Positions 10,238 through 21,288 of a stretch of 46,512 nt of DNA are shown one piece after another. Source of the stretch: Pirellulales bacterium (GTDB lineage Bacteria; Planctomycetota; Planctomycetia; Pirellulales; JAGQOS01); assembly GCA_028289525.1 (NCBI GenBank), contig JANQPJ010000178.1:1-46512 (forward strand), given 5' to 3'. The notes beneath the pieces were generated by a model that searched no databases, was not told the origin of the DNA, and saw nothing but the letters and a program-made list of their open reading frames with translations. The stretch's first letter is position 1. Each line of letters begins with the position of its first letter. Position numbers and translations under genes: made by a program.

Positions 10238-10405
10238 GTGGATTTTTGATTAGCCCTACATAATCCAGAAAAACCGCTTGCTTTTCATCAAATTCAAGCC
10301 GTTCCAGAACGAACAAAGTTTGAAAACCAGTCGTTTGATCGTTCCTTGGAAATCTCAGTCGTTCCAAATTATCTGTTGATCAGTAGCAGCGGTGTTGAGC
10401 AGTAG

Positions 10406-10473
10406 CAGCGGCCGGTGGTCGAAGCGAGAAACAGGAGAATCTAGCCGTTTTGCGCTTCGACCACCGGTCGCTG
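10406..10473. repeat. REP-like family B inverted pair
   Basis: CAGCGGCCGGTGGTCGAAGCGAGAAAC (10406-10432) vs 10447-10473, 24/27 inverted identity. Confidence 0.7.
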
Positions 10474-10526
10474 ATTTTTTGAAAGAGACGACTTGGCAGT
10501 CCTCCTGGAACGCGCACGAGAAAAAT

Positions 10527-10555
10527 TTGACGTTGGTTCGCTGGCTTCCTATAAT
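10527..10555 (+). promoter_or_regulatory. sigma70 promoter TTGACG-N17-TATAAT
   Basis: Near-perfect consensus about 100 bp upstream of ATG 10654. Confidence 0.65.
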
Positions 10556-10653
10556 GCGTCGACGTCCTGGATTTCCTACCAGCAGGCGTTTGCGTCTGCT
10601 ACTTGCCTTCCCGATCATTCCTCCCTTTTTATTTTATTCAGAGGAGATTTTTG

Positions 10654-12048
<1,395 letters not shown>

Positions 12049-12072
12049 CGCCTGCCTGTAAAATCGCATTTT

Positions 12073-12117
12073 CTCACCAAGACACCAAGAGATCTTGCGG
12101 CTTGGTGTCTTGGTGAG
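12073..12117. terminator. 17-bp perfect inverted repeat between convergent genes (bidirectional terminator or REP-like)
   Basis: CTCACCAAGACACCAAG (12073-12089) / CTTGGTGTCTTGGTGAG (12101-12117). Confidence 0.65.
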
Positions 12118-12170
12118 TATCGCGCCGGGGTTCCCAAGTAAAGCCTGGGAGCGAGAGCGTAAACCGATGC

Positions 12171-12195
12171 TTCGCGCTTCGGTCAATGACCGCTG
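12171..12195. repeat. REP-like family B copy
   Basis: Reverse complement CAGCGGTCATTGACCGAAGCGCGAA, directly after the Sel1 gene stop. Confidence 0.6.
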
Positions 12196-14415
12196 TTACC
12201 GATCAGGATCGACGCCCAGATTACGCAGGTTTTGCTTGGCGGTCTCGTTTCCATTTTCGGCCGCCATCAGATACCAGGCGATTGCCTCTTGGCGGTCCTT
12301 CGGCACGCCGTGACCGTTTTGGTACATCCAGCCAATCGAGTTTTGGGCGCCGGCACTCCCTTTGTCGGCCGCACGGCGTAACCATTGCATGGCGATCTGA
12401 TAGTTTTTGCCAACGCCCTGCCCCTCAGAGATCAGAATCCCAACGTTCATTTCGCCAGTCACATGGCCCTGTTTGGCGGCCTTCATCGACCATTCGTAGG
12501 CTTGACGATAGTTTTTGGCGACGCCGTTGCCTTCGTAATAGGCACCGGCCAGATTGACCTGGGCATCGGCCAGCCCTCGGTCGGCCGCTTTACGAAACCA
12601 GCGGACCGCCTCGGTGGGATTTTTGGGAATCCCTGAGCCGTTGAGCAAGGCCAGGCCGTAGTTGTTCTCTCCATGCACGTGTCCCTGTTCAGCGGCCTTC
12701 TGGAACCAGCGGCTGGCTTCTTTCAAGTCTTTGTCCGCTACCCAACCGTTGTGCAGATTGATGCCTAGGTTCACTTGGGCCTGGGCGTTGCCGGCTTCGG
12801 CCGATTTGCGAAACCAGCGGTTGGCCTGATGGTGATCTTTGGCCACGCCGTCGCCGCTCTGGTAGGCCCAGCCAAGGTTGTTTTGGGCCGCCATGTGGCC
12901 TGCCTTGGCCGCTTGACGATACAGCTTCACGGCCAGCTTGGGGTTTTTGGGCACCCCGCGTCCATGGCCGAACATTGTGCCGAGAAACGCCTGGCCTTCG
13001 GCGCTGCCTAGCTCGGCCGCTTGGCGATACCAACGCACGGCTTGGGCAAAATCTTGTTTGACGCCGGTGCCATGTTCATACATCAGTCCCAGTCGGGTCA
13101 TCGCCGGAGTGAATTTTTTTTGAATCGCTTGGCCAAACAGTTCGATCGCGCGGGTAGGGTTCTTGTCGACTCCTTTACCATCGCGATAAAAGGTGGCCAA
13201 ATTGGTCGTCCCCCACAGGTCGCCTAGCTCCGAGGCACGCCGATACATGTCGGCCGCTTTGCGAACATCTTGCTCGACCCCTCGGCCGTGTTCATAAAGG
13301 AGTCCCAAACTGGTCCAAGAGTTGGCATGCCCTTGGTCGGCCGCTTTGCGATACCAGCGGGCTGCCTGGGCGTCGTCGCGCGCGTAATAAAGCCCTTCGG
13401 AAATGATGTAGCCCAAACGGTATTGCGAAAAAGCCAACCCACGGCGGGCTGCCTCGAGATACCAACGGCTGGCCTCCTTGTAGTCTTGGTCCACCCCGCG
13501 GCCTTCGAAATACATGCTGGCCAGCATCTCCATCGACCCTGGGTATCCTGACTCGGCGGCCTTCAAGAACCACTTGGCTGCCTCGACCCGATCGCGGCGA
13601 GACTGCCGGTTTTTCCAATGGGTATGGGCCAAGACGTGCTGTGCCCAACCTTGGCCCTCTTCGGCCATCCGGCGAATTTGGTTTTGAAGATCGTCTGGCT
13701 TGTTTTCCAGCCGCACGGTGACCGTCTGCGGCTGGCCTTCGCGCACCAGTTCGACCACCATCCGTTCGCCGGCGACTCCTTTTTGAACGATGGCGATCAA
13801 CTCCGGCACTTGGTTGACTGGCTCCAGGTTGAGCTTGAGAATCACGTCGTCGAGCTGGATGCCGGCTGCGCCGCCAGGCCGCCCTGGCCAAATGCCTTCG
13901 ACGACCAAGCCTGCCTGTTCTTTGAGCTTCAGACGTTTGGCGTCGACGGTGTTGACCGGGCGAATCGCCAAACCAAGATGAGGTTTGCTGGTCGACTCTT
14001 CGCTGGCGCCAGGCGAGACCGGCGCTGCGGCTCCTCCCGGCGGTTCCGGGGCTTGAACGATGCCACCGCCCGACCGGCGAACCGGGTGACCGACGGCGAT
14101 TTTTCCGCTGGCCGAGAGCACTTGGGCGGTCACCTGGTTGCCGTCGACCTGGGTTACCCGAGCGGTGGCGACCTCGGCTTCCACTTCGATGCCTGGCACG
14201 ACGAAGTAGATTTGCAGTTGGTCTCCCGCCTGAGGTCGCTGTCCGGCATCAAGTGTAATTACTACGTTGCTTCCTACCGCACTGTCGCCCGGCTTGGCCA
14301 CGGTTCCCCAGGGCTGGGCAGCATCGAGAACCGCCGGAGTGAGGAAGCACATCGTCAGCCCAAGGGCAGCTAGCCTGAAACCTCGAACGTCACATCGCAT
14401 TTCTATGGGCTCCAA
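12196..14415 (-). CDS. Exported PDZ + Sel1-like repeat protein (about 13 repeats)
   Basis: Signal peptide; HLGLAIR...AGIQLDDVILKLN (PDZ); repeated A-x-x-G-x-x-x-AQ-x-x-LG-x-x-Y-x-x-G-x-GV; alternative ATG at 14400. Confidence 0.9.
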   Translation of the reverse strand: MEPIEMRCDVRGFRLAALGLTMCFLTPAVLDAAQPWGTVAKPGDSAVGSNVVITLDAGQRPQAGDQLQIYFVVPGIEVEAEVATARVTQVDGNQVTAQVLSASGKIAVGHPVRRSGGGIVQAPEPPGGAAAPVSPGASEESTSKPHLGLAIRPVNTVDAKRLKLKEQAGLVVEGIWPGRPGGAAGIQLDDVILKLNLEPVNQVPELIAIVQKGVAGERMVVELVREGQPQTVTVRLENKPDDLQNQIRRMAEEGQGWAQHVLAHTHWKNRQSRRDRVEAAKWFLKAAESGYPGSMEMLASMYFEGRGVDQDYKEASRWYLEAARRGLAFSQYRLGYIISEGLYYARDDAQAARWYRKAADQGHANSWTSLGLLYEHGRGVEQDVRKAADMYRRASELGDLWGTTNLATFYRDGKGVDKNPTRAIELFGQAIQKKFTPAMTRLGLMYEHGTGVKQDFAQAVRWYRQAAELGSAEGQAFLGTMFGHGRGVPKNPKLAVKLYRQAAKAGHMAAQNNLGWAYQSGDGVAKDHHQANRWFRKSAEAGNAQAQVNLGINLHNGWVADKDLKEASRWFQKAAEQGHVHGENNYGLALLNGSGIPKNPTEAVRWFRKAADRGLADAQVNLAGAYYEGNGVAKNYRQAYEWSMKAAKQGHVTGEMNVGILISEGQGVGKNYQIAMQWLRRAADKGSAGAQNSIGWMYQNGHGVPKDRQEAIAWYLMAAENGNETAKQNLRNLGVDPDR

Positions 14416-14418
14416 ATC

Positions 14419-17400
14419 TCAGCGAAAGTTGAACTGTCTGGTCGGCGCCGAATCGTCGCCACCGGGGCCATGGTGATGATGATGGTGTTGTGGCTGCCAG
14501 TACTGCTGCATGACCCGGCTCCAGTTTTGCAAGGCTTGCTGCCTGCGCCACTGCTGGTCGGCATGCCATTGTTGGACGGCGGCCGCGCGCCGAGCATTTT
14601 CTTGCGCCACCCGACGGTTGTAGTCGGCGATTTGTTGAGCGCGAATCCGTTCTTGCTCGGTGAGCTGCCGATCGATGCGGCCAGCCCGACGCCGGTAGTC
14701 GGCCAATGGCGTGTTGTTAGCCTTTTTCGACTCGGGCGAATACCGCTTGGCCCGTTCGCGGAAGTAATCGAGCCCACGTTCTTCGAGCCGCTCGGCCGGC
14801 CCCAAATACTCCATCGCATCGTCATGGGTCATGTCGTCCATGCCAAAGGTTTGAGGAATGAACCCGTCATCGAGTGCCGATGGTTTAGGTTTTGGTTTCT
14901 TGGTTCCAGCGGTTCTGCGTGGCGGCGGTTTTTTCGTCTCGGGTTTCTTCGGCTCAGGTTTTTTCTCAGGCCGCTTGGCCGGAGGGACTAAACGGTCGGC
15001 CGCAGTGGCAGCCAGTTGCGAAGCTAACATGCCGGCCGCTAGTCCAGCCAGAATTCCAAACGGTCCACCCAACGCCAGTCCAACACCCCAAGTAGCAACG
15101 GTTCCTAGCACTTGATCCAACGCCTCGCGAGTGGCTGCGTTGGCCATGTTTTCACCGGCGCTGGCAATCGAGGTCATGGTGAGCAAAATCGCCGCTGGGC
15201 CCATCAGTCGCCGGCCAAGACGCCCTAAACCACTCCGCGCGCGTCCTAACCAACCGCCCAACCGGCTACGACGAAAACCCTCGGCCATGTCTTCCATCAT
15301 CGTTCGCGCTCGCTGCCAACGCGAAGGCTGCGCGAATGAACTCATGCTGCGAACTGGCGCGCCAAGCCGACGGCCGGGATGGGCACGGTGAATCCATTCG
15401 TCAGGCACCTCGTGCCGCGAAACCCATTCCGCCTCGAGACCACCAGCATGCGTGTTCTGCGATACGCGATGTCGGCCAAAACTGTCTGGCTGCCCTGGCG
15501 CGCCAACGGCGCTCTCAGGCACATGGATTTCAAGCACTTCGCCAGCCTCGCCGGCAAACCGCTCGGCCACTCGCCGGTCGGAAGCCATCGACACCAGCGG
15601 CGAACCAGCGCCGCTGGAAGTATGGCTCTCCAGCACGCCCCCCCAACCACCTCGGGTAGGTGTGCCGCCAGGTCTGGTCGTTAGGCGATTGGCCGTTTGC
15701 TGAAGTCGTCTACTCGAATCGTGCAACCCTCGCGCCACATTCCCGTCTGGCCGTCGGGCGGCGTCGGCTAACACCGGGCGACCTGTCTCTGACCAACCAC
15801 GATCGGAATGCCCGCGCCAGAAGACCTGATACCATTGACCGTTTCGAAAAATTCGTCGCGGAGCATCATTGGGAGCCAGGCCGAGTGGGTCGGTCAAATT
15901 CACAGGATTGTTGTACGCGTAACAATAGGGATTCAAACTCAACGGAATCCTAGGATTACCAGGCGCCGGATCGCGAGTTAGAAATCGTCCGGTGTGAGCG
16001 TCGTAATAGCGAGCTCGGAAGTAATAGAGACTGGTCGCCTCGTCAAATGATCGGGCCGTGAACTGAAAAGGAATGTGTGCGTCGCCCTCGCGCCGGACCA
16101 CACGACCAAACGCATCGTAATCCAACTGTGCGGCAACGTTGCCATCCTGGTCGGTCACTCGACGCACACTGCCCTGCCGATCAGCATGCAAGAACCGTGC
16201 CCCCGAGCCTCCTAAAATCGCCAACGGCCAATCGGTCCCTGGTCCATGGACATAAGTTTCCGCAGCCTTCAAATCCTGATCGAGTTGGGCAACGACATGC
16301 ATGCCATCGCCGACATACCAGGTACGTCCCGTTTGGTCTTCGCGCCAAATCCGTTGTCCGGTCGGGGCATAGCCATAGGCGATTTTCTTGCCATCCGGCA
16401 TTTGCACCATGACCATCTGGTTTTGGCTATTGTACTGATAACGGGTTGTTCCTGATGGCCCAGTCTGTTCGATCAAGTTCCCATTGGCATCGTACTTAAA
16501 TTTCCGTTTACCGGAGGACAACAGCCGGCCAGCCTGATCATATTTCGCTTCGATCTTCACATCACCCTGCTGACGAATCGTCTGATTTCCTCCAGGAGCA
16601 TAAGTGTATTGAACCTGTTGGCCATCCGGCAACGTTTCTTCAATCAACTGGCCACTCGGATCATAGGCGAAGCGTTGAGTCGGCCCACCCGACTCGACTG
16701 TTTCAACACAATTGCCGTCGGCATCGTGTTGATGCTTCCAGCCGGCAACGACTTTCTGAGCAGCGTGAACATAGGCCATCTTGGTCGCTCGGCCAGTCAC
16801 ATCATATTGGAAAATACCACGCACACCATTGGGATAGGTGAGCGAAGTCACTCGTCCACCGATGTCATAGGCCAATTGAAATGTGCCAGCTCCAGGCGTC
16901 TCGATGGCGATCAAGCGATCTAGCGCATCGTAGCGATACGTTGTACGTTGTCCTTCGGAATCGACAAACGCTGTCATTCGATCGGCCTCGTCAAATTCAT
17001 AGACCAGGGTTCGCTTGATGGTCGGGTATTCAATCTTGGTCCGATTGCCCCGCCGGTCATATGTCATCCGCACAGGGAATTTTCCGTCGTCGAGCGAAGT
17101 TAAACGGTTTTGGGCATCGTAGGTGTAGTCGATGGCCATGTCGTCGGCAAACTGTTTACGGACCAAGCGGCCAGCCTGATCGTAACTCAGCTTAGTGATT
17201 TGGCCGTTGGGGTCGGTCAGTTCCACCACGCGTCCATTCGCATCGTATTTGGCGACCTGAGTTGATCCCGCTGCATCGGTCGAGCGAACAGGCATGCCCA
17301 ACGGGTTGTACTCGACCTGCTGGGTTCCTCCGCCTGGTAAATGAACGGTCGTTGGTCGACCTTGAGCGCCATATTCTAATCGCACCCGATCGCCGTTAGC

Positions 17401-19974
17401 GGCAATCACTTCAGCCAATTCGCCAGCCGGGGTATAGGCGAATCGAGTTTCGTGCCCCGTTGGATTGGTCATCGCAATGCGGTTGCCAACCTGGTCATAT
17501 TTGCTTTGCGACTTGGCCCCCGTGGCATCGACCACCGAAACCGGCCGGCCAGCCAAATCGTATTCCACCTGGCTTTGGGCCCCCAAATTGTCCTGCTGCT
17601 GGATCAGGTTGCCAGCTTTGTCGTATTGATAAGTGATCGTCAGCCCGGCCGCGTCGGTTTCTTTGATCCGACGGCCAAGTGCATCATAACCATAACGGGT
17701 GACAACCTGCTCGCCCGACTTCACCTGAGTCACCTGGCCATGTTCGTCATACGTCAATCGCCTCACCGGCCCGCTAGGAGGCAAAACCATCCCAACACGG
17801 CCCTGCTTGTTATAGACATAGCGAGTTACGTTCCCAGCATCATCAATCACACGCACTCGACGTCCCTGCTCGTCGTAGCCATAGCGTCGTTTAGCGCCGC
17901 TTGGTGTGATTTCCTCAATCAACTGTCCGGCGGCCGAATAGGAGAACTGCCGACGTCCGCCGCCTGAATCGATCACCGCCAAGAGTCGTCCTTTCGGGTC
18001 ATAAACGCTTGCGACCCCACCACCCAAGGCGTCAACCATGCCGATCGTATTGCCTGCCCCATCATACTTGTACGTCTGATTTCCTTGGCCTGGCGACTCA
18101 ACGCTGGCTAGACGGCCATCTGGCGTATAGATCCATTTGTGTACCCGTCCGGCCGGATCGGTTTCGGAAACCAAGCGACCGCGCACGTCGTAGGTGTATT
18201 GTGTCTCACCGCCACGCGGGTCGATGGTTTTGATCAACAATCCACGTTGATCGTATTCCATTCGAGTAACTCCGCCGGTTGGATCGGTTTGTTGAACCAG
18301 ACGTCCATGCTCGTCATACGCCCGCGCGGTGACTGCTCCTCGAGGATCGATCTCGCGAATCACGTTGCCTAGCCGGTCGTATTGCAATTGAGTGGCGCCG
18401 CCTGCCACGTCGGTTAGCCGCGAGACGCGACCTTGCGAATCATATTCAATGGCCACCTGTTGCCCATCGGCACGCGTCATCGTTTTAGCCAGCCCATGGG
18501 CATCATATTCAACCTGCGCCCCGATCGTTGCAGCGCCTGATTGGGCGGCAACCAGGTTGCCCTGGGCATCAAAACTCTGCCGCTCGACGTGGCCTCCGGA
18601 GTTGATTTGAACGGATGCTCGATGGCTTTCACCTTCGTAGAGAAATTGGGTCGGTCCGCGTACCGAATCGTTAATTTGCGCTACCCGGCCAAGGTAGTCG
18701 TAGGTGAACTGAATGCTTTCGCCAGTAGGACCAGCCACGCGCGTCGTGCGGCCCATGGCGTCATACTCCATTTTCGTCAAATAGCCCAACGGATCCTGGA
18801 CTCCAGCGGCCAAACGGTCCTGCTGCCAGAAAGTGGTAGTCACATGGCCAGACGGATCGGTATGCTTCCAGGTTCTGGCAGAATCGTCATAAGCATATTC
18901 GTCTTTTGCACCATCGGCCCAAGCGCGACGAACGACTCGGTTCTGCGCGTCATAGGCAATCGTGGTTTTGCCTGAGCGAGGGTGTTCGATTGCCGTTAAC
19001 CGGCCTGCGTCGTCATAGGCATAGCGCACGGCCAGCGGGGGGACATCCGTTACTGGCGCATCGGTCGGACTACCCAACTGATAGTGAACCACGGCGCCGT
19101 TGGAGCCTTCGATCGTTGCTAGCTGGCCTTGTTGGTCGTGCTGAAAACGGAGAAAGGTTCCGAACGGACCTTCGACTCGAACAAGCGTTTGCCCTTCATA
19201 TTTGAGCACGAGCTTGTTCCCATTCCGGCGATCAATGGCCAGCAGTCGACCATCCGGTCCATAAAATTCTCGCGAGCCATCTTGCTTGGTGCAAACCGCA
19301 TGTTGGTTGGCGAAGACCAGCTTCTGTCCATCGGCCGCTCGATAAGTTCGACCATCGCGCATGGCATGAAAGATCGTTTGTCCGACCCCTTCGTCCAGCA
19401 CCGCAACGCTGGGAGCCGCCAGCACTTGCTTCTCCCAGTTCAAACGCCAACGTGTTCCCAGCAGCCCTTCTTCTCCTGGCTCAAGCAGCAGACTCCGTTT
19501 CACTTCCAGACTCACGGCCCCAGCATCCACAATCAAATCAAGGGCTGTTCCGACGAGCTTGGCCGAGCGTTGCGCGATGAGCACCTGTTGTTCGTCTAAA
19601 AACGGCACCGCCTGGACCACGCGAAGTTCTCGCACTCCAACATTTGACGTTTGGTGGTTGGCCGTCTGTTGGCCAGGCGCATAGATGGTGAGCGAAATCG
19701 CTGCGCCGGCAGTGACCGCCGTGCCGGGTCGCGGATGTTGCTCGTAAACCACGAGCTGCTTGGCGCCGACCGGCGGCGCCTTGCCCAGGGCAAAGCTGGG
19801 GGCTAGACCGATGGATTCCATGACGCTCTTGGCCTGCTCAACTGGAAGCCCCAAGACCGATGGAACGATGAGCGTTCCTTGCGGTGCCTGTTGGGCGTAA
19901 ACGGCAAACGGTTGGGCGACCATCAGAGCCGCCATGAACAGTGCAATGATCGATTGCCGGGATGAGTAACGCAT
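14419..19974 (-). CDS. Rhs/YD-repeat polymorphic toxin with signal peptide, PASTA domain, DUF6531-like region and ART-like tip
   Basis: ATG 19974 with GAGGAAGG RBS; many YDxxGR repeats; core LYYFRARYYD...GRFLTRDP...NPVNLTDPLGL. Confidence 0.9.
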   Translation of the reverse strand: MRYSSRQSIIALFMAALMVAQPFAVYAQQAPQGTLIVPSVLGLPVEQAKSVMESIGLAPSFALGKAPPVGAKQLVVYEQHPRPGTAVTAGAAISLTIYAPGQQTANHQTSNVGVRELRVVQAVPFLDEQQVLIAQRSAKLVGTALDLIVDAGAVSLEVKRSLLLEPGEEGLLGTRWRLNWEKQVLAAPSVAVLDEGVGQTIFHAMRDGRTYRAADGQKLVFANQHAVCTKQDGSREFYGPDGRLLAIDRRNGNKLVLKYEGQTLVRVEGPFGTFLRFQHDQQGQLATIEGSNGAVVHYQLGSPTDAPVTDVPPLAVRYAYDDAGRLTAIEHPRSGKTTIAYDAQNRVVRRAWADGAKDEYAYDDSARTWKHTDPSGHVTTTFWQQDRLAAGVQDPLGYLTKMEYDAMGRTTRVAGPTGESIQFTYDYLGRVAQINDSVRGPTQFLYEGESHRASVQINSGGHVERQSFDAQGNLVAAQSGAATIGAQVEYDAHGLAKTMTRADGQQVAIEYDSQGRVSRLTDVAGGATQLQYDRLGNVIREIDPRGAVTARAYDEHGRLVQQTDPTGGVTRMEYDQRGLLIKTIDPRGGETQYTYDVRGRLVSETDPAGRVHKWIYTPDGRLASVESPGQGNQTYKYDGAGNTIGMVDALGGGVASVYDPKGRLLAVIDSGGGRRQFSYSAAGQLIEEITPSGAKRRYGYDEQGRRVRVIDDAGNVTRYVYNKQGRVGMVLPPSGPVRRLTYDEHGQVTQVKSGEQVVTRYGYDALGRRIKETDAAGLTITYQYDKAGNLIQQQDNLGAQSQVEYDLAGRPVSVVDATGAKSQSKYDQVGNRIAMTNPTGHETRFAYTPAGELAEVIAANGDRVRLEYGAQGRPTTVHLPGGGTQQVEYNPLGMPVRSTDAAGSTQVAKYDANGRVVELTDPNGQITKLSYDQAGRLVRKQFADDMAIDYTYDAQNRLTSLDDGKFPVRMTYDRRGNRTKIEYPTIKRTLVYEFDEADRMTAFVDSEGQRTTYRYDALDRLIAIETPGAGTFQLAYDIGGRVTSLTYPNGVRGIFQYDVTGRATKMAYVHAAQKVVAGWKHQHDADGNCVETVESGGPTQRFAYDPSGQLIEETLPDGQQVQYTYAPGGNQTIRQQGDVKIEAKYDQAGRLLSSGKRKFKYDANGNLIEQTGPSGTTRYQYNSQNQMVMVQMPDGKKIAYGYAPTGQRIWREDQTGRTWYVGDGMHVVAQLDQDLKAAETYVHGPGTDWPLAILGGSGARFLHADRQGSVRRVTDQDGNVAAQLDYDAFGRVVRREGDAHIPFQFTARSFDEATSLYYFRARYYDAHTGRFLTRDPAPGNPRIPLSLNPYCYAYNNPVNLTDPLGLAPNDAPRRIFRNGQWYQVFWRGHSDRGWSETGRPVLADAARRPDGNVARGLHDSSRRLQQTANRLTTRPGGTPTRGGWGGVLESHTSSGAGSPLVSMASDRRVAERFAGEAGEVLEIHVPESAVGAPGQPDSFGRHRVSQNTHAGGLEAEWVSRHEVPDEWIHRAHPGRRLGAPVRSMSSFAQPSRWQRARTMMEDMAEGFRRSRLGGWLGRARSGLGRLGRRLMGPAAILLTMTSIASAGENMANAATREALDQVLGTVATWGVGLALGGPFGILAGLAAGMLASQLAATAADRLVPPAKRPEKKPEPKKPETKKPPPRRTAGTKKPKPKPSALDDGFIPQTFGMDDMTHDDAMEYLGPAERLEERGLDYFRERAKRYSPESKKANNTPLADYRRRAGRIDRQLTEQERIRAQQIADYNRRVAQENARRAAAVQQWHADQQWRRQQALQNWSRVMQQYWQPQHHHHHHGPGGDDSAPTRQFNFR

Positions 19975-20100
19975 TCGAGCAATTCCTTCCTCAGAGGGGG
20001 GAGCAGATGCCGCTCGTCTATTATGCGCCGAATCAGGCTGGAAATGCAAAACGCCTGGGCAAGAAGCAGGAGAACTGCAAAGTCGCCCGTTGTGCAAAAA

Positions 20101-20169
20101 CAGCGGCCGGTGGCCAAAACGCGAAACGTTGGATTTCATTCGTTTCGCGAGCGGTCACCGACCGCTGCT
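20101..20169. repeat. REP-like family B inverted pair
   Basis: Degenerate copy at 20101-20128 facing a near-consensus copy at 20141-20169. Confidence 0.7.
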
Positions 20170-20186
20170 CTTTCCCCCAAAGGTCG

Positions 20187-21161
20187 TCAAGCATCTGATA
20201 TCGAGATTTCCAAGCGGCAGGCAATCTCGGCCAGCACCTCACGGTCGCTAGACGGCCGGTGTGGACTTTGAGGATGGGTACGGTCACTGGCGATCCAACC
20301 GCGAAGGTGCAAAAACTGGGCCGCGTTGTGTTTGTAAGCCGGCACCGGATCGCGAAAGGCGAAATGCCCTAGATATTGCAAGGTGTCGTTCAACTCGTAG
20401 AATGCCGGGTCGCCTGAGGCCCAAAGTGCGTCGCGGCGAGCAAACGCTTCAGGTGCAAACGTGCTGATTCCCAATAAGTAATCGCTGCCGTACATCACCA
20501 TGTCGATGGCCCAATCGTTGCCGGTCAACACCAGAAAGTCAGGCCGTGTGGCGTCGCGCAGCAAGAGCCGTTGCCACTCGGGCTCACGACGCAACGACGA
20601 GTGCTTGGCGCCAAGACACTCGGGAATCTGCATCAGGCCTCGATACGTCTCAAGGTCGTAAATCTTCCCAAAGGGAGCGAATCGGGTACTCAATTCAAAC
20701 CCGATAAACGGGCCGGAGTGGGCAGCGAGTGCCCTATACGACTCGACGATCGCCGGCCCTGATTGCTCGGTCAATCCAAACGACTGAAAGAGCACCGGGA
20801 TCGCCCCCTGCGCCACAATCTCGTCGGTCGCAGCACGATACGCATCCAGGTTGAACCGATCACCTGGCTGATCGGCCACATATGCCCCGGCGACCCAGCG
20901 CCGCGACCCACACGCTTGCCGGGCAACCTGCAACGCGCGTTGCCGCGTCGCTGTTTCAAGGAGATTCGCATAGCCGGTGTCCATGTTCACCGCAGGCGTT
21001 AGCCCAGCCTCGAGCGTACGGGCAATGTGCCGTTCAAACCCGTCCCAATCGACTGCGCCCGATTCGGCGAAAGGCAACAAGATCGCCGACATCCCAGTGA
21101 TTGTCCGTCGCGGACGGATCATCGCCGCAGGCACCGGTCGATCACGAGATTCCATTTCCAT
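20187..21161 (-). CDS. Dihydrodipicolinate synthase-like TIM barrel protein
   Basis: SAILLPF...[17 protein letters not shown] (candidate Schiff-base Lys), TGND; start shortened because a REP copy lies in the ORF extension. Confidence 0.8.
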   Translation of the reverse strand: MEMESRDRPVPAAMIRPRRTITGMSAILLPFAESGAVDWDGFERHIARTLEAGLTPAVNMDTGYANLLETATRQRALQVARQACGSRRWVAGAYVADQPGDRFNLDAYRAATDEIVAQGAIPVLFQSFGLTEQSGPAIVESYRALAAHSGPFIGFELSTRFAPFGKIYDLETYRGLMQIPECLGAKHSSLRREPEWQRLLLRDATRPDFLVLTGNDWAIDMVMYGSDYLLGISTFAPEAFARRDALWASGDPAFYELNDTLQYLGHFAFRDPVPAYKHNAAQFLHLRGWIASDRTHPQSPHRPSSDREVLAEIACRLEISISDA

Positions 21162-21190
21162 CAAAGCTGTGCGCTCCGCTTGATCGGAAA

Positions 21191-21216
21191 CAGCGGTCGG
21201 TGACCGCTCGCGAAAC
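21191..21216. repeat. REP-like family B copy
   Basis: CAGCGGTCGGTGACCGCTCGCGAAAC, identical to the core of the 20141-20169 copy (opposite strand). Confidence 0.75.
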
Positions 21217-21288
21217 AGATCGGTTTCACCGATCCCGAGAAAGCAATTGCTTTTTTCGCCCTCGTTTCTGAGAGTTACTGAGTCTGCT

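Noticed and set aside
19975-20139. N-terminal extension of the Rhs ORF to 20139
   Set aside because: Overlaps REP-like repeats; ATG 19974 has an RBS and begins a signal peptide
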